Positions 60,916 to 64,000 of a DNA stretch of 64,000 bases are shown here, in pieces. The notes below the pieces were generated by a model, which was given only the letters and a program-made list of their open reading frames with translations, did no database searches and was not told where the DNA came from. Each line of letters opens with the position of its first letter. Within the stretch, counting starts at the first letter, position 1. Position numbers and translations under genes: made by a program. The DNA is taken from the NCBI GenBank assembly GCA_009784185.1, contig WRCD01000001.1:129698-193697 (forward strand), in the 5' to 3' direction. Origin of the DNA: Bacillota bacterium (lineage in GTDB: Bacteria; Bacillota; Clostridia; Christensenellales; UBA1242).

Positions 60916-62985
60916 ATGGCGAGAGCAGTTCCGCTGGAAAAAATAAGAAACATTGGTATCATGGCACACATTGATGCCGGAAAAACAACCACAACCGAGC
61001 GTATATTATATTACACCGGTTTGGTTCATAAAATTGGCGAAGTGCACGAAGGCGGCGCTACAATGGACTGGATGGTTCAGGAGCAGGAGCGTGGCATTAC
61101 AATTACAAGTGCGGCAACAACCACAACCTGGAAGGGCCACACTATAAACGTAATTGATACTCCCGGTCACGTGGACTTTACAATTGAAGTAGAACGCAGC
61201 TTAAAGGTGCTTGACGGGGCCGTAGCGGTGTTTTGCGCGCGCGGCGGAGTTCAGCCGCAATCCGAAACCGTTTGGCGTCAGGCCAACAAATACGGCGTAC
61301 CGAGAATGGCGTATATCAACAAAATGGATATAAACGGAGCAGACTTTTACCGTGATATCCAGATGATGAAAGACCGCCTGAGAGCAAACGCTGTGCCGAT
61401 TCAGCTTCCGATTGGGGCAAGCGAAACATTTTGCGGTATTGTTGACCTTGTTGAGATGAATGCCACATATTATAAGGATGACATGGGCAAGGAAATGGAA
61501 GTTAAAGAAATTCCTGCCGACATGATGGACAAGGCTAAAGAGTATAGGGCGAAACTGATTGAAGCGGTTGCCGAAACAGACGACGTACTGCTTGAAAAGT
61601 TTATTATGGGAGAGGAATTTACCAAAGACGAACTTAAAAAGGGTATCCGAAACGCAACCATAGCCCTGAAAATGAATCCGGTTACTTGCGGCACAAGCTA
61701 CAAAAACAAGGGCGTTCAGTTAATGCTTGATGCGGTTGTGGACTATATGCCAAGCCCGCTGGACATTCCCGCAATTAAAGGCGTGCTTCCAAACGGAGAG
61801 GATTCCGAGCGTCACACAAGCGATGAAGAACCGTTTAGTGCATTAGCGTTTAAGGTAGCAACCGACCCGTACGGAAGGCTGACATATTTCAGAGTTTATA
61901 GTGGTGTATTAACCACAGGAAGCTATGTGTATAACAGCACCAAGGACAAAAAAGAACGCGTTGCAAGGCTTATAAGAATGCACAGTAATGAGCGCAAAGA
62001 AATTGAAGAAGTACGTGCAGGAGATATTGCGGCAATAGTAGGCTTAAAAGACACCACAACCGGGGACACATTATGCGACGAAAAGAAACCGATTATCCTT
62101 GAGAGCATAAATTTCCCGGACCCGGTTATTAAAATTGCAATAGAACCAAAGACCAAGCAAGGGCAAGACAAGATGATGCAGGCTTTACTCAAGTTTGTAG
62201 AAGAAGACCCAAGCTTTAAAACTTACACCGACCAGGAAACAGGCCAGACAATTATAGCCGGCATGGGCGAGCTTCATCTGGATATATATGTAGACAGGCT
62301 GAGACGCGAGTTTAATGTAGAAGCCAATATAGGCAAACCGCAGGTTGCATATAAAGAAACAATCCGCGGAAGCGCACGTATGGAAGGCAAGTACATCAGG
62401 CAGTCCGGCGGAAAGGGTCAATACGGACACTGTGTTATTGAAATGGAACCATTAGAACCGGGCAAGGGCTATGAGTTTGTAGACAAGATTGTTGGAGGCG
62501 CAATACCCAAAGAGTTTATTCAGCCTATCAACAACGGTATTACGGAAGCTAAACAAAACGGTGTGCTGGCGGGCTACGAGATGGTAGACTTTAAGGTAAC
62601 ACTTGTTGACGGAACGTTCCATGATGTTGACTCAAGCGAAATGGCGTTTAAAATTGCGGGAAGTATGGCTTACAAAGATGCTGCAAAGGCCTGTCGTCCG
62701 GTGCTGCTGGAGCCTATCATGAAAGTTTCGGTAGAAATGCCCGACCAATACCTGGGTGACGTTATGGGCGACCTTAACAGACGAAGAGGACAAATCAGGG
62801 AATCCGAAATTAAAGACGGTCAGCAAACGATTAACGCAAATGTTCCGCTATCCGAAATGTTTGGTTATGCAACTGACCTCAGAAGTTTGACACAAGGGCG
62901 CGGATCGTTTATAATGGAGTTGAGTCACTTTGACGAGGTTCCGAAATATGTGGCTGATAAAATTATCGGGGATAGAAGTAAGTAA
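60916..62985 (+). CDS. fusA: Elongation factor G
   Basis: [40 protein letters not shown]. The GAGAGG SD supports the ATG at 60916; the ORF-track start at 60862 lies in the repeat. Confidence 0.97.
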   Translation: MARAVPLEKIRNIGIMAHIDAGKTTTTERILYYTGLVHKIGEVHEGGATMDWMVQEQERGITITSAATTTTWKGHTINVIDTPGHVDFTIEVERSLKVLDGAVAVFCARGGVQPQSETVWRQANKYGVPRMAYINKMDINGADFYRDIQMMKDRLRANAVPIQLPIGASETFCGIVDLVEMNATYYKDDMGKEMEVKEIPADMMDKAKEYRAKLIEAVAETDDVLLEKFIMGEEFTKDELKKGIRNATIALKMNPVTCGTSYKNKGVQLMLDAVVDYMPSPLDIPAIKGVLPNGEDSERHTSDEEPFSALAFKVATDPYGRLTYFRVYSGVLTTGSYVYNSTKDKKERVARLIRMHSNERKEIEEVRAGDIAAIVGLKDTTTGDTLCDEKKPIILESINFPDPVIKIAIEPKTKQGQDKMMQALLKFVEEDPSFKTYTDQETGQTIIAGMGELHLDIYVDRLRREFNVEANIGKPQVAYKETIRGSARMEGKYIRQSGGKGQYGHCVIEMEPLEPGKGYEFVDKIVGGAIPKEFIQPINNGITEAKQNGVLAGYEMVDFKVTLVDGTFHDVDSSEMAFKIAGSMAYKDAAKACRPVLLEPIMKVSVEMPDQYLGDVMGDLNRRRGQIRESEIKDGQQTINANVPLSEMFGYATDLRSLTQGRGSFIMELSHFDEVPKYVADKIIGDRSK

Positions 62986-63003
62986 TATTGAACACCCGAA
63001 CAA

Positions 63004-63151
63004 AATTCTCCTTTAAGATAAAGGAGTACCCCGCTTGCGGGGGGAGGTATGTGAAACAGTTGGATAAGCAATAAGACTGGATTTATCACATACCCCGTCA
63101 AGCCTGACGGCTTGCCACCCCAATACCCTTAAAGGGGAATTAAAACGCTAA
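63004..63151. repeat. GGGGAATT-family repeat, divergent inverted pair (fusA-tuf spacer)
   Basis: AATTCTCCTTTaagaTAAAGGAGTA-CCCCGCttgcGGGGGG ... CACATACCCC-GTCAAGCctgacGGCTTGC-CACCCCaatacccttaaAGGGGAATT. In the left half, hairpin B has the compensatory stem CTCCTTT/AAAGGAG. Confidence 0.75.
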
Positions 63152-63198
63152 TCAAAAAATAAAAAAAATAAAAACAAAAAAACAAGGAGATTTAAAAA

Positions 63199-64000
63199 AT
63201 GGCTAAAGCTAAATTTGAAAGAAACAAACCACACTTTAACCTTGGTACTATCGGACACGTAGACCACGGTAAAACCACCCTTACAGCTGCTATTACAAGC
63301 ACGCTTGCTAAAAAGGGCTGGGCACAGGCGCGAGACTATGCGTCTATTGACAACACCCCTGAAGAAAAGGCAAGGGGAATTACTATTAACACAAGTCACG
63401 TAGAATACGAAAGTGCTAAGAGGCACTACGCACACGTAGACTGCCCCGGACACGCCGACTATGTTAAAAACATGATTACAGGCGCTGCTCAAATGGACGG
63501 AGCTATTCTTGTAGTATCCGCTACAGACGGACTTATGCCGCAGACTCGTGAGCACATCCTGCTTGCGCGTCAGGTTGGCGTACCGTATATTGTTGTATTT
63601 ATGAACAAGGTTGACCAGCTGCCGGCTGAAGACAAAGACCTTATGACAGAAATGGTAGAAGAAGAAATCCGCGGATTGCTTAATGAATACAAGTTCCCCG
63701 GTGACAAGACTCCTATTATTAAGGGTTCTGCGCTTAAAGCGCTTGAAGCTGCTACCAAGGGCGACATTGACGGCCCGGACAGCAAGCCGATTTTTGAGCT
63801 TGTAGAAGCTATTGACAGCTACTTCCCGGACCCGGTGCGTGCTATCGACAAGCCGTTCCTGATGCCGGTTGAAGACGTGTTTACCATTACCGGAAGAGGC
63901 ACAGTTGCTACAGGACGTGTTGAGCGTGGTGTAGTTAAAGTGGGCGACACAATTGAAATGGTTGGTATGGGAGCTACTAAGGCAACCGTAGTTACCGGCG
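63199..64000 (+). CDS. tuf: Elongation factor Tu, 3'-truncated by the window end
   Basis: Absent from the ORF track because there is no stop in the window. It translates as [33 protein letters not shown]...[26 protein letters not shown]...NKVD, with an AAGGAGA SD. Confidence 0.97.
   Translation, partial: MAKAKFERNKPHFNLGTIGHVDHGKTTLTAAITSTLAKKGWAQARDYASIDNTPEEKARGITINTSHVEYESAKRHYAHVDCPGHADYVKNMITGAAQMDGAILVVSATDGLMPQTREHILLARQVGVPYIVVFMNKVDQLPAEDKDLMTEMVEEEIRGLLNEYKFPGDKTPIIKGSALKALEAATKGDIDGPDSKPIFELVEAIDSYFPDPVRAIDKPFLMPVEDVFTITGRGTVATGRVERGVVKVGDTIEMVGMGATKATVVTG

Noticed and set aside
17511-63151. A CRISPR array or integron attC cassette array as an explanation for the repeats.
   Set aside because: The repeats are dispersed rather than regularly spaced with 25-40 bp spacers, and no cas genes are present. 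No intI integrase is present, and copies occur inside core operons (V-ATPase, str) and inside coding genes. This fits REP/MITE-like elements better.
63148-63785. Minus-strand ORFs 63148..63555 and 63570..63785.
   Set aside because: They are antisense to the unmistakable EF-Tu coding frame, which the ORF track omits only because the window ends before its stop.
1-64000. A prophage, IS element, transposon or conjugative element.
   Set aside because: No integrase, transposase, recombinase, terminase, capsid or relaxase-like sequence was recognised in any frame. The accessory blocks look like small cassettes bounded by non-autonomous repeats.

Overview
This is a 64-kb chromosomal segment from a Bacillota (Clostridia-like) genome using the standard genetic code. 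Taxon clues are the mrnC-rlmB-sigH synteny, a CwlD-like amidase, a V-type ATPase operon and an RF2 gene with a TGA frameshift site. Housekeeping genes: prfB (+1 frameshift), tsaD, mrnC-rlmB-sigH, dnaX-ybaB-recR, a lipid kinase, cca, rmuC, vanW, two ABC exporter genes, a P-type ATPase, a MacB-like ABC/FtsX fusion, tRNA-Ser(UGA), a nine-gene V-ATPase operon and rpsL-rpsG-fusA-tuf. tuf is cut by the window end. Accessory content: a 5'-truncated GLUG-repeat protein followed by a 4202-aa FN3-like giant surface protein, and several small orphan cassettes. Most notable observations: (1) Three sigma-70-like promoters each carry a G10-G11 homopolymer inside a 19-bp -35/-10 spacer, which suggests phase variation. 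Two are near-identical duplicated modules driving orphan cassettes. The third drives a translationally coupled EcoRI-family N6-adenine methyltransferase plus a DUF262(ParB-like)-HNH nuclease, a candidate phase-variable restriction/defence pair. (2) A dense family of nested-hairpin GGGGAATT repeats occupies at least 15 loci. The copies show compensatory stem changes, and some are translated inside dnaX, vanW and a phosphoesterase. (3) A second repeat family has 4 x 7-bp tandem arms and sits inside the V-ATPase and str operons. (4) An A9 slippery run in dnaX lies at the gamma/tau boundary with stops in both alternative frames. (5) A DnaA-box-like cluster lies in a 600-bp non-coding gap. No transposase, integrase, CRISPR array or cas gene was seen. 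All function calls rest on motif recognition by eye, not on database searches.
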